Assembly: GCA_965202585.1 (NCBI GenBank)
Contig: OZ241827.1
Location: 55,986,001-56,050,000, forward strand
Length of the DNA: 64,000 bases
Direction of reading: 5' to 3'
Source: Thalia democratica
Taxonomy: Eukaryota
Made by a program: the position numbers and the translations under genes. Positions within the stretch are counted from its first letter, which is position 1, and every line of letters begins with the position of its first letter. Below, piece after piece: positions 13,501 to 27,325 of this stretch. The notes beneath the pieces are model-generated. The model saw only the letters and a list, made by a program, of their open reading frames with translations. It was not told where the DNA came from and searched no databases.

Positions 13501-16500
13501 ACACGCATCATTATATTTTCAATCGAGTAAAAAGAACTTTTTTATGGGTTTAAATACGTGTAGTATTTTAACTTTTTTAATGACTTTAAGTGATGCATCG
13601 TTTATTTTCAACATCAACTTCAGATAAAAATGTGTCAAAAAGCAACTAAGCAAATTATAAACTGATATATTTAATTTCTCAAAATATCATTAAAACAGAC
13701 AACTAATAAAGCAAACTTGAGCATTTGATGTACAACTGATTCATAAAACAATAATATTTAGTTTAAAAATTGTTGATATTTTTGACGTATAAATTTTTTA
13801 TATTTGTAATTTTTAAGTGTAAATTTCTTAACAAACCTGCACAATTTATGTTTTCAGAAACTTTCTGGTTGCCGTTATTGTTGCAGTTGTTTGCGTTCTG
13901 TGACGTCACATACTTGTCGTAGAGGTCGTTGATGCTTCCCTGGTTACAAGTGACGTCATTGCCAGTTGACACGTCATTAAACTTGTCTATATAGTCCATT
14001 GTGACGTAATTGGCATTGAATTTCGTTTGTGACGCCACGGCCTGCTCTACGTAGCTGCTGATTTTGTGAGGAGACTGGCCGAAGATCTCAGCGTCATCAG
14101 TGATTGCGATGCTTTCTTGTGTGATGTCACATTGGTTTGCTTCTGCCATGTTGGGTTGGTCTAAAAAATAAACAATGTTGTTATGTAAAAGTAGTGTTGT
14201 TGAGATTGTAAAATGAGTGAAAAGAATACTTTACTTATACTACAAGGTTTACAACAGCTAAAAGAATTTATGTAAATTACTTGCATATTTTTTAACAAAT
14301 TTGAAGTCTAGTAAATATATTACTAGACCAAAAAATTATCAGTTGAAAGTTTACTTTTAAGAGCTTGCGTTAAAGCAACTATTTTTTCCTACTTACAACT
14401 GAAATTGTAAGATTGATAGAAATCAAAAACCAAAAACAATTACTTTATGGTTTTCTCTAATCTGTAATAATTAAATTTATTAAATTCGACAAAAAATAAA
14501 AACATAAGTTAATTTACCTTTTTCTACAAGTAACTTATTACAAAGTTAAGTATTTGTAAAACATCATATGCTTAAGAACATGTTATTGTATTTAGAGAAT
14601 AAATTTTTTTCAAAGAAAAAGTGCATTTCAATAAATTTTAAGTGAAAAAAAAGTTAAACATACAATCAATAGTCTATTTAAAAAATATTTAAATATTTTT
14701 TAGGTTTAGGTTAGTCAATACTTTGCTTATTAGATAAATATCAAAACTTTAAACTTACCAAAAAAACTTTTGAAAAAAGTTGAAAAAAGAGTTTTGAAAA
14801 GTAAATATGATGTATCTTTATAGTTGTTACAAAAAAATTCGAAAAATTTCATGTAACTTTGCAATTTAATTTTGTCTATCTAATTTTAAAGCACTGTAAC
14901 AACAGTTGTTATTTATATTTAAGCTTTTAAAAATTACTACTAATCAACTTAAAAACTGATATCTAATATTAAAAGTTACAAACAAAACTAAAAATTATAA
15001 TCAAATACCTAAACACAAAATAAATTTGCAACAAAGTGTAACTGACAAACCAACAAGCAAAACTAATTGAAACCAAAAAAACTTGACAAAACTATTGTTA
15101 TAAAAGCCACTTGTTTAAAATAAAAATAAAAATTAATTGAAACCACATAAGCAACAAAGGGTTTTCGTGAACAAAAACAATTTTCAGTAAATAAAGTCAC
15201 AATAAATGCAATACAAAGCTGCTGTTTCAAGCACCCTTCAGAATGGGCTCTTCAGAAAAGTTTAAAAGAAAATTACAATTATTACCTCTGCCTTTTAATT
15301 TACTACAAAACTATATTTGATGTGAAGTAAAACCAACAGAGTTAAATAATTATATTTTTTGTATTTTATTAATTTTTTTCTTATTACATAGAAAACAGTT
15401 ATTAATCATGCAAGACACAAATAATTTCATCAAGCCACATGAAAAATAATTTTATATTAAAACTAATTTCTGACCAACTCAATTTGTTTTTGCTTCTATT
15501 AATAACACAACTAAGTATTAGTGCAAAAAATCAAACTTATTTTAATATAACTTAGGGAGGTGTAAAGCAGTATTATAAATCTATAAGTTTGATAAAAATT
15601 AGTACTATTATAAATACAATAAAAACTCTAATATAAGGGCTTTTTTTGTAAATCAAACCACAACTTTATCCATTTAGTATTCTTTTGTAATAATTTCAAG
15701 ATATTTTAAGTGAAGTTATCATTGTTATTAAGCATTGTTAGAAAAGCTACAATCTATAAATTTTTTTATTCATTTTCTAAGAATTTTTATTATCAGCAAA
15801 AGATAAACATATAGATTAAAATGTTGTATGGAGTTAATTAAAAATGCTTTATTAACTGAAAACTATTGCATTTTAATCTACCCAAGAACATTAAAAAACT
15901 GTTAAATTCATTATCATTAGTAAATATAATAAACCATTTAATGATAACGGTCCACTAAGTTATACTACATGGAAGCAATAGTAAATTTTAGCACTTATAG
16001 TTCATACAAATACTAATTTTATGAATTTTTAGGTTAACTAGCAAAACTGTAGTATAAAAAAAAAGTTTTTAAAATTTTATTTTGATACATACTTCTTTAA
16101 ATATTAAAAATAAAGTTAAATAAAACTGCACAATACCACCTTTTACTTTTAAAAATTAGACTACATTTATTTATTGTTATTTTAATAATTTACAATGGAA
16201 GTAATATAAAAAAAATTTAAATGTCATCAAAACTTTGAGTTAAAGAAGTTTAATCAATTTTAATAATTTTTTTAAAATAGTATACAATAAAATCTTAGCA
16301 AAGAAATCCTAGGAAAACTGTATCAGAATTATATCAAGAGAAAAAAAATTCTCAGTACCTTTTTTCAGTTATTTACAATTAATTTTTTCAAGTAAGTATA
16401 AATCATACATAATCAAACAAGTTATCCATCTTAAATTAAAACTAATTTAGTTAAATTTATATCTACATACCTTTACATTTTGTTTATTTCAACAAAATAT

Positions 16501-17057
16501 AATAACTACTTATGTGGTTTTTAATAAATAAATTACTACTTTCTTTTTGAAACTTTGTTATTAAGTTTTATAAACAACTTATTTTGAAAATAAACTTTTG
16601 ATGTATGCATACATAACACTTATGTTAAAAAACATATTTTAAATCTGTTTCATAAATGTAAGAAACTACTATGTTTTTGCAAGACTTGTAATTATTAAAA
16701 AAACTACTCTTTCTATTATTTATTTTTAATATTGGTATTGGCTATCAATTATATTTATTTGTAATTGTTTTTTGTATAACAGTTTTAACTATTTTAAAAC
16801 ACATTTTATAACTTTATAACAAGCTACAAATTACAATAAATAAGTACCTGAAATATTTCATTAATACAATTTTTTTTATAAACCTTTTTCAATTTAATGT
16901 TACATTTTAAAGCTTTAAGAAAATTTATACTTAAACTTTAAAACATTTTAACTTGTTCACCTTCTAAACATTTGGAATTATCTTCTGCTGAAACCTTGGT
17001 AGGGTTTGCATCATTCTTTTTAAATATCTTTTTTAGTTTCCAAGGCTTAGGCATCAT
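1510..17057 (-). CDS. LAP-family leucine-rich-repeat protein, Erbin/Densin-180 (LRRC7)-like; 3' part (LAPSD/PDZ) lies outside the window. Exons (minus): 17057-16961, 14160-13837, 12801-12662, 9320-9203, 8396-8318, 6495-6285, 3991-3891, 3428-3310, 2729-2582, 1680-1510
   Basis: All ten exons join with consistent phases at AG/GT boundaries (about 502 codons, no stops). The translation ...DLCASNLEEIPDEVY...ELFELSKLEFLSVSDNEI...DASINNFERVPDCITQVNSLTHLYIIDCYLEFVPSTVGRMTNLRVLEVRDNQLQGLPKSM...PEVICSLGSLQELWVDSNEL...LRVLNVSDNK follows the Erbin/Densin LRR order (EASVNP, FLEFLP, ELRENQL, VPEVL, INLSDNR). Orthology to ERBIN vs LRRC7 cannot be resolved, so no symbol is given. Confidence 0.9.
3546..3754. 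repeat. 86-bp near-perfect inverted repeat with 37-nt spacer (foldback element) in LRR intron 3429-3890
   Basis: Arms 3546-3631 and 3669-3754 are reverse complements with 3 mismatches. A diverged single arm occurs at about 21154-21280. Confidence 0.92.
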
Positions 17058-20000
17058 ACAGCTCTCATGTGTACTTTTATATTTCTAAGAACTTTTCGTT
17101 TTTTAATATCTTAAAATCTAATGTACTTCAAAATAATTTTAAATTAAAGTCAAAATCATAATAGAGTAACAACTATTGAATCAAAAAAAACTAAACTATT
17201 GCTTTGTTTTTGTAATATAATAAAAACAGTCATTTTAACGTACTTTTTAACTTGAATATTTATTTTCGATATTTCATTTATAATAAATTTATTTTCTTGC
17301 AGTAAAGCATAAAACGACCTGATTTTTATTTTTGAATAATAACATTTAAGAAAGTAATAATTTTTGAGTAAAATTTTCTTATACTTTTGGTTATTTGTGT
17401 TTATGAAATAAACTTGTAGAACTATTTTAATTTTCTTCTATTTAATTTTTAATGATACATTTACAAGTTATTAACACCTTTTTTAATCACATTTATAAAA
17501 ACAGATTTAGTCATTTTAATAAGCACTTTAATATTTCTTATAAAAACTCAATGAACTATCTTATACAGTAGTAAAACTTTTTAAGTTTTTTCATTGGAAT
17601 AGATCAACATTGCCATTTTGAAAACTGTTTTTTTTTCACAAATAAGAATAGCAAAGTTTTGGGCGGACCAAAATTGTCTCAATTGAGCTAGTTTTCAAGG
17701 AATCTTATATTGTAACTTTTGTAGATTTTGAAGTACTAATTAAGTTTTGTGGATTCGTATTATTTGGAGTTTTTTTAATCCAGTATATCAAATTTTTATC
17801 TAAATAAGCTTTCTTATGAAAGTTACAACATCACAATGTAAAAAACAATATTTTATTTTTTTAAGCAATCCTTGTTTAATATTACAGAACTTTCAATCAT
17901 ATAAGTTTAAAAACAACATGTTTTCAAAAAATATCTTAAAGAATTTTATTTAAGAAATGTTATTGAAAAATAAGCTTTCTAGCTTTAAAAAAATTAAAAA
18001 CTACTTTTTAATAACTTTATTTAAGTCAGATAACTTTAAAAGCAATTATATATATTTTTACAGAAACCTTCAAACACAATTAAATTTTAAATATATATAA
18101 GTTGAATTATTACACAAAAATAGGACTTAAATGAAAAAATATAACCTTTTATTTTAAGTTTAGAAATAAAACAGATCTTTTATTAACATAATATTTAGTT
18201 AAGTCAAACCTTTCAGATATTAAAGTGGATAAAAAATTAATATCTCTACAAAACTTCTTTGGTTATAACAAATATAATTATGCAATATTCTTATTAATTT
18301 TAAAATTTATTACTCTTAACTTTTAAACTAACCTTTTTAAATTGAAAATATGTTGTTGTATTAGTTAGCAGCACAAATTGCAGAAATTTGCAATCTTTGC
18401 ATTAGTATTGTTTAAAACTAGTGTTGTTTACAAAGTGAAAACAACTAAAATTTTTGTTTGAAGAGAACACCTTTATCTTTGTTTGTATAAATTTTAACTC
18501 CTAACAGAGTAAATGATGAAATACAGACAATATGTAGATTATATTTTGCTTCAGAATGGAAAGTAAGCTACTTCATACAATAACAACTTTAAAACTCATA
18601 TATAAATAGCTGAAGAAACTAATTGTACTTATGCTTATCAAACAAAAAAAACTATTTCAACAAAAACAAGAGTAAAACAAACTAAATGAAATAACTACAA
18701 ACAATAGACCTGGTGTGGAGAAAAGTTTTTGATCATTATACTAAACATATTTAATTTATGCTAAACATATTTATATTAAATTTCATTTATTATGAATGAA
18801 ATTTAATATAAAAGTGTAAATCTTAAGTTTTAAAGAAAAAACAACAAATTAAGATAAACAAACAAAAACAACAGATTTATAAAAACTTTATAGAAAAATT
18901 CTATTTATTAACCAGATTATAAATATAAATTGAAGATTTTAAGTTATTTGAGTTTCTAAAAATGTTTAATTAAAACAAACTATCAACATTATACTTTTTT
19001 TTTTTGTTTTTTTGCTTCTTAAACTTTTAAAATTTCTCTTAATATAAATTTATTTGAGTGTTCTTTATGGACATATAATATAATAGTTACATTTATTTAT
19101 CAAACTATTTTTATTATTGAAATAAAAGTGTGGATGCTCTCAAGTTGTGAGCAACATTTATGATCAATGGACTGGTGTTGAGAAATACCTGTTCCAACAA
19201 CACACCACACTTTTTTACTAGCAACACACCACTTATTTAAGCATTATTACGTTAAAGGTTAAATACTACGTTATTAGGTTTAAAAAACGATCAAAAATCT
19301 CAGCTTATTTGTAACTAAGAGCTTATTAGAATTAGATTAGAGAGTTTAAAGTTAATTTAGAAAGTAGCTACAATACCTCATGCTATATCAACCATAACAA
19401 TGTGAGAGTAAAACTAAACCACGTAATGTGCGAAAAGGTGAGAATAGACATCAAATTATAAAATTATTAAACTTAAAAAAAAACCTGTTTTATAAAATCT
19501 ATTGGCTCTTTTCTAACTTTAAACGTTTATTACTGCAGTGCATTTATTTTCTTCTCCATCAAAAAACTAAAATAAGCTAAGTTTTGTCAAAGTTGTTACA
19601 TTTTTAAAGAGTTTATAAAGTTTATCAAAAACTTTAAATCTTTAACATTTAATTTTGTAAATTTTTTCTGTGTAAAACAAACAAAAAGATGCATAAAAAT
19701 CCTTTTTTGTAGTAATATTTACCTTTTAACATAGCAAAACATATTTTTCATGGTTTTATATTTTTAATAAACCATATTTAAATATTTACATTTGAACATA
19801 TAATTTAAATTTTGACAAGAGCTATGATAATTCTTATAACACTGTTTAAATTTTCTTAAAACCAAACTGATTTTATTTCAAAATCATAAAAAGGTTCAAT
19901 GCAATCAAACTTGTAAAAACCCCCTTACTTTTAAGTAGATCTGACTGTTCTTGTGACACTGTCGACAGAATATGGCCTTGTCAACAGAGCCTAATTGGCC

Positions 20001-21039
20001 TTCAAATGAAAAGAAAATTCATGATAAAAGTATGTTTGGTCAATTACGTTGCTTTTTTCCTAGTAGTTGGATTACAGGCGCCTGCTAAAGTTCCAGCTGT
20101 TAGTTATGACTATAAGCTTGGTATTTATACGCGTCAGTTAATTATGTCCTGAAAAGTTTGTGGCTAAAGTTTAATGACATAACGAAAGGACAAAACTTTG
20201 CAAGAAATAAGAGGATGTTTTTAACATTTTTCATGTAATGAGTTGTTTTGCAAAAAAATAAGACTATAAGTTTATAAACGTTAAATTCTAAATTTATTAC
20301 TATATTAAGCATTTAATGTATTGATATAATATTTTAAATAGGTAAAACTAAAGGTAATTCACAAAAAGTCTTATTTTCAGTTAATGATTTTTTATGATAT
20401 TTCAAATTATCATTCCACTTATTAATTATTGTTAAATATAAAGCAATATAATATGTAAAAACCAAAATAATAAAATATAAGCAAAGATTTTTTTTTTTAT
20501 AATAAAACGTATTTAAGTACTTTCGGTGTTTTTTGATATGTTGTTAATGAATGGCTTTAAAATGTACTGCTTGAAAAATGTCAGATATAACCTAAGAAGT
20601 TTCCCTTTCAAAGTATGTGCAATGCACTGTAATGCACATTAAACTTATTTTAAAAGATTATATGCGCACTTAATAATTTAGTATTTTCTTTAAGCTACTA
20701 AACCATGTTATTATTGTTAAGTGGTATTTGTTTTAAATAATATGGTAAAACTAGTTTAGATCTATCAGTTAGATATTAGAAAATAAAATTAAAAAAAATA
20801 TATATATATATATTATGCACACCTACTTTTATAAAATTTTCCTTGTACACTAATGTGCACTTGTATGACAGTTTTCTTAGTGAAAAATTTATTCCACTAT
20901 TTATTACGCTCCCGATATCAATTTTTTTATGTCATTTAAGATAAACTAGTTATCAATATTATGTTAGTAACTAATCCTTTTTTTAAAAATAAGTTAAAAA
21001 CTTATAGATATCAAGCAAATATAAAAATTTACAGCTTTT

Positions 21040-21149
21040 AAATGCAAAATTGTCTGCTCGTGAAAAGGTATTTTCGTGCAAAAGTGACCTTTTGTGCAAT
21101 TTTTTTCCCTCGTTCAATTTTTTACGCTCGTGCAATTTAGACAGCTACC
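21040..21149. mobile_element. Partial MITE of the GGGTAGCTGTCAAA...TTTGACAGCTACCC family (right end)
   Basis: Degenerate 17-18-bp GTGCAA-containing units ending in gtgcaatttagacagctacc. Same family as 38966-39266 and 44703-45075. Confidence 0.55.
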
Positions 21150-21153
21150 TCCA

Positions 21154-21280
21154 TTGAAGTGTGTTGATCCGTAAACACACCGAAACATGTGTTAGTGTGA
21201 TAAAGGAAGAGTACTATTTAATTTGTTATTTTTATATATTCCTGTGAACTTTTTTCGCTCGGATCTTTGTTAACAAACGC
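21154..21280. repeat. Diverged single arm of the foldback element seen at 3496-3754
   Basis: ttgaagtgtgttgatccgtaaacacaccgaaacatgtgttagtgtgataaaggaagagtact aligns to 3676-3740, and the distal part aligns to the reverse complement of about 3499-3545. Confidence 0.75.
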
Positions 21281-23065
21281 TTCAAGTTATATTTTTAAAT
21301 AGTTAAAATTAACATCTTAATGTTTTACAGATAAAAATAAAAAAGTTATATTGATGAATTGACAATATTCAACCGATAAACGAAATACATAATAGAAAGA
21401 TAAAACAACAAAAAACAGATTTTATTGACAGCATTATTAATAATTTATACCAAGTAGTCTCTATTAGGACACTATTGTAAACATACAAAACGATACTACA
21501 ATTGAAATTTTAATTTAAACAAGTTTATCAGTAATATTTACAAAAAGAAAATGCTGATGACAAAATGTTCAGCCTTATAATATTAGAGGTGTTAAATATT
21601 TTCATATTATAACTTAAGCATAGCTAGGAGTTTCAGAAGCTTTTAGTTTAATAAAGTGAATACTAACTTAAAAAAACTAAAAGTACTTTTTGTATAAACA
21701 GCTACAACTATATGTAGTGGTAGTCTGAAAATATTCTAACCAACAAGATATTTTTAAACAAAAACCGTCATCCTAGCCAAAAGTTAAAACTTACAGGAAC
21801 CGCTCTTTTTCAACCTGCGTACAACCTGCCATCTAGTGTTTTTCCATCCAACCAATTTCCACCCGCTTAATTCCTACCCCAGTGTTTTACACATTGTATA
21901 ACAACAACAATCCAAGTTATTTCATGTATATAACTTATGTCCTATTCTGTGATAAACTTCTCTGCAGACTATTACTTATCTAAATAAACTCCCATCAGAT
22001 TAAATACTTTTTAAATCTCTTTCCAGCCAAGAACATATATCTTTTTGATTTGACTATCTTACATACAACTTCTGTTTTAAAGAAGTTCAGTCTTTTATCA
22101 ATCAAATACAAAACTTATTTACTTTAACGAGTATTAAAACTTAATAATAAGTTTTATTTAGGTTAAGGGATGGATTTTTCTTATTTCAAGTTAAACTCAA
22201 ATATAGTATTTTTTAACTTCAAACCTTATAAGACAATTACCATTTTCTCTACAATTAATTTTCTGAATCTTAAAAACCTCCAGTTCAAATTACCACACCC
22301 AACTACGAAAATTTATTTGATGGTAATTTAAATTAAAGCTAAAACTCTACCTAACTTTTTTAACAAAGTTTTAACGGTCTAAAAAAGTAGTTAGTTTTTT
22401 TAAACAAATAATAGAGTTTTATAATTCTTATGTTCTTAACTCTAATCAAAAGTTTTGTACAAGCTGTTTACTTTTAAAATTTCTTAGTAGCTATGAGTTG
22501 GATTTTAAAGGTTTTTGATTAGAGAGGAGCGTCGCGTGGAGTGGAACGCTGGAGCTGTAGCTCCACCTAAAAAAAACAAAAATTATGCTCTTGTTTTTTT
22601 TGATCTTAGAGTTTAAGCCTTTAAACACGCTGATTTAAATGGGTCCCCGCTTCAGCTGTACAACCCCAAACTACGTCAAAGTAACTTTATTTTAAATTTG
22701 AGGAATTGAGTTTTAAAATGATATAAAACTTTTTATAATAACTTAAAAAAATAAGAAAGTTATAATATCATAAATTTGTACAAAAATACAGCCAATTGTG
22801 TATATGAACGTTGTTACGTTAATTCCCTGCCGAATTAATTTTTATCAAATTTTTATTTATCTATATTTAATGTTCAAAATGTTCGTCAATTTGGAGCTGC
22901 AAGCTCAATCTGTGTCAGCTGCATCTTAAACGTATACGAGTTTTTAATCCAAAAAAATGTTGAAAAGTTGAATTCTGGAGCTGCATGAACTTTCAGCACC
23001 ATGTGAATTAAATCATGATCGTTGTTTAAAGTTTACTACAACGCAAGAACAATAAAACAAGTTGA

Positions 23066-23447
23066 ACTCGAACAGAAGAAACTCGAGGAGGTAATATTCA
23101 AGCAGAGGCAACTCGAGCAAGACCACTTCGAGCAGGAGCAACTCGATCAGGGAAAACTCGATCAGGAGCAACTCGATCAGGGAAAACTCGATCAGGGAAA
23201 ACTTGAGCAGGGAAAACTCGAGCAGGAGCAACTCGATCAGGGAAAACTCGATCAGGGAAAACTTGATCAGGGAAAACTCGAGCAAGAAAAACTCGAGCAG
23301 GAGCAACTCGATAAGGGAAAACTCGAGCAGGAACAACTTGAGCAGGGAATACTCGAGCAGGAAAAAACTCGAGCAGGAAAAACTTGATCAGGAAAAAAAT
23401 CGAGCAGGGAAAACTCGAGCAGGAGCAACTCTAGCAGGGGCAACCTC
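23066..23447. repeat. GC-rich 15-bp minisatellite (consensus GAGCAGGGAAAACTC / GATCAGGGAAAACTC), about 25 units
   Basis: Direct reading. It explains the three overlapping repetitive ORFs (EQGKL/DQGKL; EFSLI; SSRSN). Confidence 0.92.
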
Positions 23448-23790
23448 GTTTTTTAAGTTACTTGCATTCTTTTTTTTGTTTTTTATTACTAGTTAGACAA
23501 GTCATAAAATTAAGTTAGTAAATTTATTATTGTGCAAGTACAAAAACTTACATTAACATAAGTAAAAATAAAAGTAGCCATAGTTGTTAGGAAAGGGTGA
23601 TGATATACAAAGGTATAAGATATGTTTTTTTAATATTTATTTTTTTAAATTTTATATATTATTTAATTAAACAAGTAGGTTCAACTTATTTTCTAAAAAA
23701 AATTGCTATTCATTCATATTACAATTACCATAATGATTTTAATATAAATGTTTCAAATAAGGGGATTTTTTAATTTGATAATGTCAATCT

Positions 23791-23828
23791 GCAGCACCCC
23801 CTAACAAAAAGACCACGCGACGCCACTG
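23791..23828 (-). mobile_element. hAT-type MITE terminus (CAGTGGCGTCGCGTGG...AGGGGGTGC); a related terminus lies at 38056-38090 (+)
   Basis: The reverse complement cagtggcgtcgcgtggtctttttgttagggggtgc matches 38056 cagtggcgacgcgcggttttattttagggggtgc. Partner ends and TSDs were not found. Confidence 0.45.
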
Positions 23829-26800
23829 GTTGGGTGTAGTAATAACTAACTGTTCTAAAAAGTAGTGACGATTGTACAAAATTAAATGTAAATCGTAAAA
23901 ATAAAAGGCAGAAAATAGTCAAACGAGCAAAAGTGGCATCTTATTAATTCTAAATCATCTGCTTAACAAATCTAAGGGTCTATAGTCAGCGTAACAGATA
24001 CATCCAAAAATAAAAATTAATCATAAAGTTGTTACAAATGCAAATTTATTTTAAAACTAGAATTGTTAGTTGCCTAGAAATTTAAAAAAACAGCTTTAGT
24101 TAAAAAATTAGTATAGGATTAATTAAAAGCAAAATAAACATGAGTAGAGCTGCGAAATTAATTATAAAAACATTATACTGCTCAATTTTCAAGACAAGAA
24201 GGAAAATTTACTGCATGAATATTTTATTTTTCCAAATCAAAGAAATGTAATTTTGGTTTCTACGTTTAAATTTTGCTAGCAAGTTTACCTCAATCCTTTT
24301 AAAACTTAAGCAACTAATTCAAACTGCGATTTTTACAGTTTTATATTTATCTTTTATTAAGGTAGATTAGCAACTAACTGTTTCTAAATATTTTTTAACT
24401 GTTTTCTTTTTGATGAACCCAAAATATGGGGTTCATTAACACTATATCCTCAAAAAAAAACTTTTAAAATTTTTAATTCAAGATAAGGCATTATTTGTAG
24501 ATTATTTTGTTTGAAAAGTATTCACATCTTTACAGGCTATTTCTAAAGGCTTTAACTGTTAAATTTACATCAAACAAAGTATGATAAATGATAATTGTTA
24601 ACCTTTTTTGTGTAAAAAAATAACCAATACTACCACAAATCAATAGATTAAGGTCGACTCTGATTAGATCTAAATAATCATTTTTTATCACAATTACTTT
24701 CTGATTATTAATTTTTAAGCTGTAATGTAATAAAACGTGCCTATTTTTGTATAAATATGTGAATTATTTTATAAGTCATTATTTACAACTAAATAATATT
24801 TGTGGTATAGTTTGTCGCAACTAATTACAAGTATTGCTTCCCTTTAAGGCTACTATATCGATTGAAAAAACAAAAAGAAGAGTACATAATTTTATTTTAA
24901 GTTCAAGCATATTAGAATAACTTAAAATTAAAGTTTAATTGACCTATAATGTAGTACGGAGTACGGACATAATCAGAAGTTTCGTAACTTATAAAAAATT
25001 AGTAGGAGGAAACAGATAAAGCCTCCTACTAAAATTAACGATTAATTAAATATAAGTTCAGTAGTTATAATGTCAATACTTGTTTGTATACTGTTTAGTT
25101 TTTTACATTATTAATAAAAAAGAAATAATTTTAATTATACAGTTTATTTATTCTTGGTTTTTTAACATGTCAAACTATATTTATTGAGGTAACTCGAATT
25201 TAAAATTAAATAGACGTTTTTATGATATATCGTAAATAATTTCTATTTATTTAGCTGTAAAGTTTTAGCTAACAAATATGTTTTTTGAGTCTTTAAAATA
25301 AAGAGTAAACATACAACATGAAATGATTAAATAAACAACTTAAGTGGGTATATCCGGTTAAAAAATAGAAAAAAACTGTTTTTAAATAGTTTTCATTGCT
25401 TATACTAAACTTTTTTTTATTAAAATATTTTAGGTACACTCATGCTACTTGGATTGCTTTTTAATAAAAGTTTTATTCTTTCATAATTGAAAACCCTTAA
25501 GAAAAGTTTTTTGTTTGGTCTATTTAGAGTTTGTGCCACTAAACTTTACTGTTTACACTACATTTATGGGACAGTTCATTGTGTAACATAAACATTCAAA
25601 AAAGACTAATAAATGAATGTTAAATAAAAAAGTTACTTATAATCATTTACATTAAAACAAACTAAATGGTAGTTTTAATTAAAACGATAGTTAAAATGCG
25701 CTTACATCGAGATTAAAACTACTTGAGACCTTAGCTTTAAAAAAAGAAATCTTATAATCTATTTTTAAGATCAATAATTGTAATAAAATTCTTCTGCTTG
25801 ATTATAAACTTACATTGGTTGTCTTACAGTATTACAAAAGACAAACACGATGATATTTTTGAACTGTTGGGTTGACTGGCTGAAAACAAACATGCTCGAA
25901 GTGAATTTATTTACAAAACGCTGCTTACAAGTTCAAGTGTATTTATTATTATTTCACTTTTGACTTTAAGGTAAACTGTTCATTTTCTCAGCTTAAACGT
26001 ACAAGATAGTGTATTAGAAGTATTGTTCGAGAAATTATGGCAAAACCTAATTCTATTTGATAACAATTGTTTTGTAGACCATTGCCATTTTGAATGAAAC
26101 TCGATTTTACAATATGTTATTTTAAAATAACAAACCTCGGTTTTGTAAGGCATAGAATTGTATGATTAAGTTCACACCAACATTCAAAATTACTATAATT
26201 CAAAATCAATAGTTTTTTTTTACTCAAATCAAAAGTACTTCTGTAATTAAATACGAACTTTTTAGCAAATTAAAAATCAACTTTAGAGGATAATTAAAGC
26301 GAAATATAGTTTTCATTATCGCTTCAGCTCCAAGAGTTCACCAAACAATTATTAAGTGCCACTAATCAAACAATAGAAATGGCTAGACACTTTTTGTTTG
26401 TTAGCCCTAAACAAGCCATTTATTCTAGACAATTAAGAGACAAGGTTTAAAAGTTTAAGTAGCTAACAGTTTACTTTACATCTTGTTTTTATACATTTTA
26501 AACTGAAATTAAAGTTAAAGTAAGGAAGCTAAGTAGAAAGTTCGAAAAAAAACTTGAAATCTTAAATATGCTAAAAATAAAGTCATTAATAACTTCTAAA
26601 GCACTATTAAGTTTATACTTATGTGAAACTATTTTGAAACATAGACGAGAAAAGTTATTTATTTTAGGAGCATAGTGCTTTTTGAGTACATCAAAGTTTG
26701 ATATAAAGAATTAACTTAAAAAAAAAAGAATTTGTTTTTAATAAATTTTAGTATATATAGTTAATATCTTTCTATTTTAAAGTAATCAGAAACTTAATAA

Positions 26801-27266
26801 AAAATTTAAAACCATTAAAATACTGTTTTTATAATAGATTTACTAAGCAGATGATTAGGAGAAGCATTACTAGCATTGACAAAATTGTTTATATGGTATT
26901 TAGGTTAATTAAAAAGCAATAGACCTATATATAACTAAAGAATTTTGATTAATGGGTTTAAAAATAAACGCCGGTACACTTTACTTTTAAGTCGACCCAT
27001 TTAAACATTTTATTTATGACATGTAACACCAACGTTTAATGTTTTAAGCAAATATTAGCTTTGTTTTATGACGCATTAATTACAAAACCAACACAACAAA
27101 CACAATCCAAAACACGTTTGATACATCCGTTTAAAAACTTTAACATTTTGATGTCGGTTAATAAAATCCATCATCAAAAGTAGCACAAAAGCTTCAAACG
27201 TCTTCAAATCTACATCGAACCGTGCAAGGCAAGTCTTTTTTCGCCTTTCTCTCGAAAAGCCGGCCG

Positions 27267-27272
27267 TATAAA
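27267..27272 (+). promoter_or_regulatory. TATA box of the fasciclin gene
   Basis: TATAAA in a CpG-enriched patch, 54 nt upstream of ATG 27326 (gagcATGG context). Confidence 0.5.
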
Positions 27273-27325
27273 GGTCACTTAGATCTAGTGCAACTAAAGC
27301 AATTGCAACTATTTTAAATTGGAGC

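Noticed and set aside
14161-17086. Acceptor at 14161 as a spliced-leader trans-splice site
   Set aside because: An in-frame upstream coding exon (17084-16961) explains it as a cis acceptor. The 17085 acceptor remains unassigned, but nothing in the sequence shows trans-splicing.
18366-18405. TAGCAGCAC, a miR-15/16-like seed with a local fold
   Set aside because: Only about 6 bp pair next to the loop, so there is no pre-miRNA-quality hairpin.
21790-22330. C-rich stretch with broken frames, possibly a LINE endonuclease relic
   Set aside because: No diagnostic APE or RT motif could be read.
23013-23496. Three ORFs of 97-121 aa as protein-coding genes
   Set aside because: They are open only because the 15-bp repeat lacks stops. 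There is no proper start context or splice linkage.
24999-25032. 11-bp hairpin ttagtaggagg...cctcctactaa as a Helitron 3' end
   Set aside because: No CTRR terminus at the expected distance and no second copy seen.
26050-26064. attctatttgataac, resembling the ascidian spliced-leader exon
   Set aside because: It is an imperfect match with no following GT donor or Sm site, and is likely chance in AT-rich DNA.
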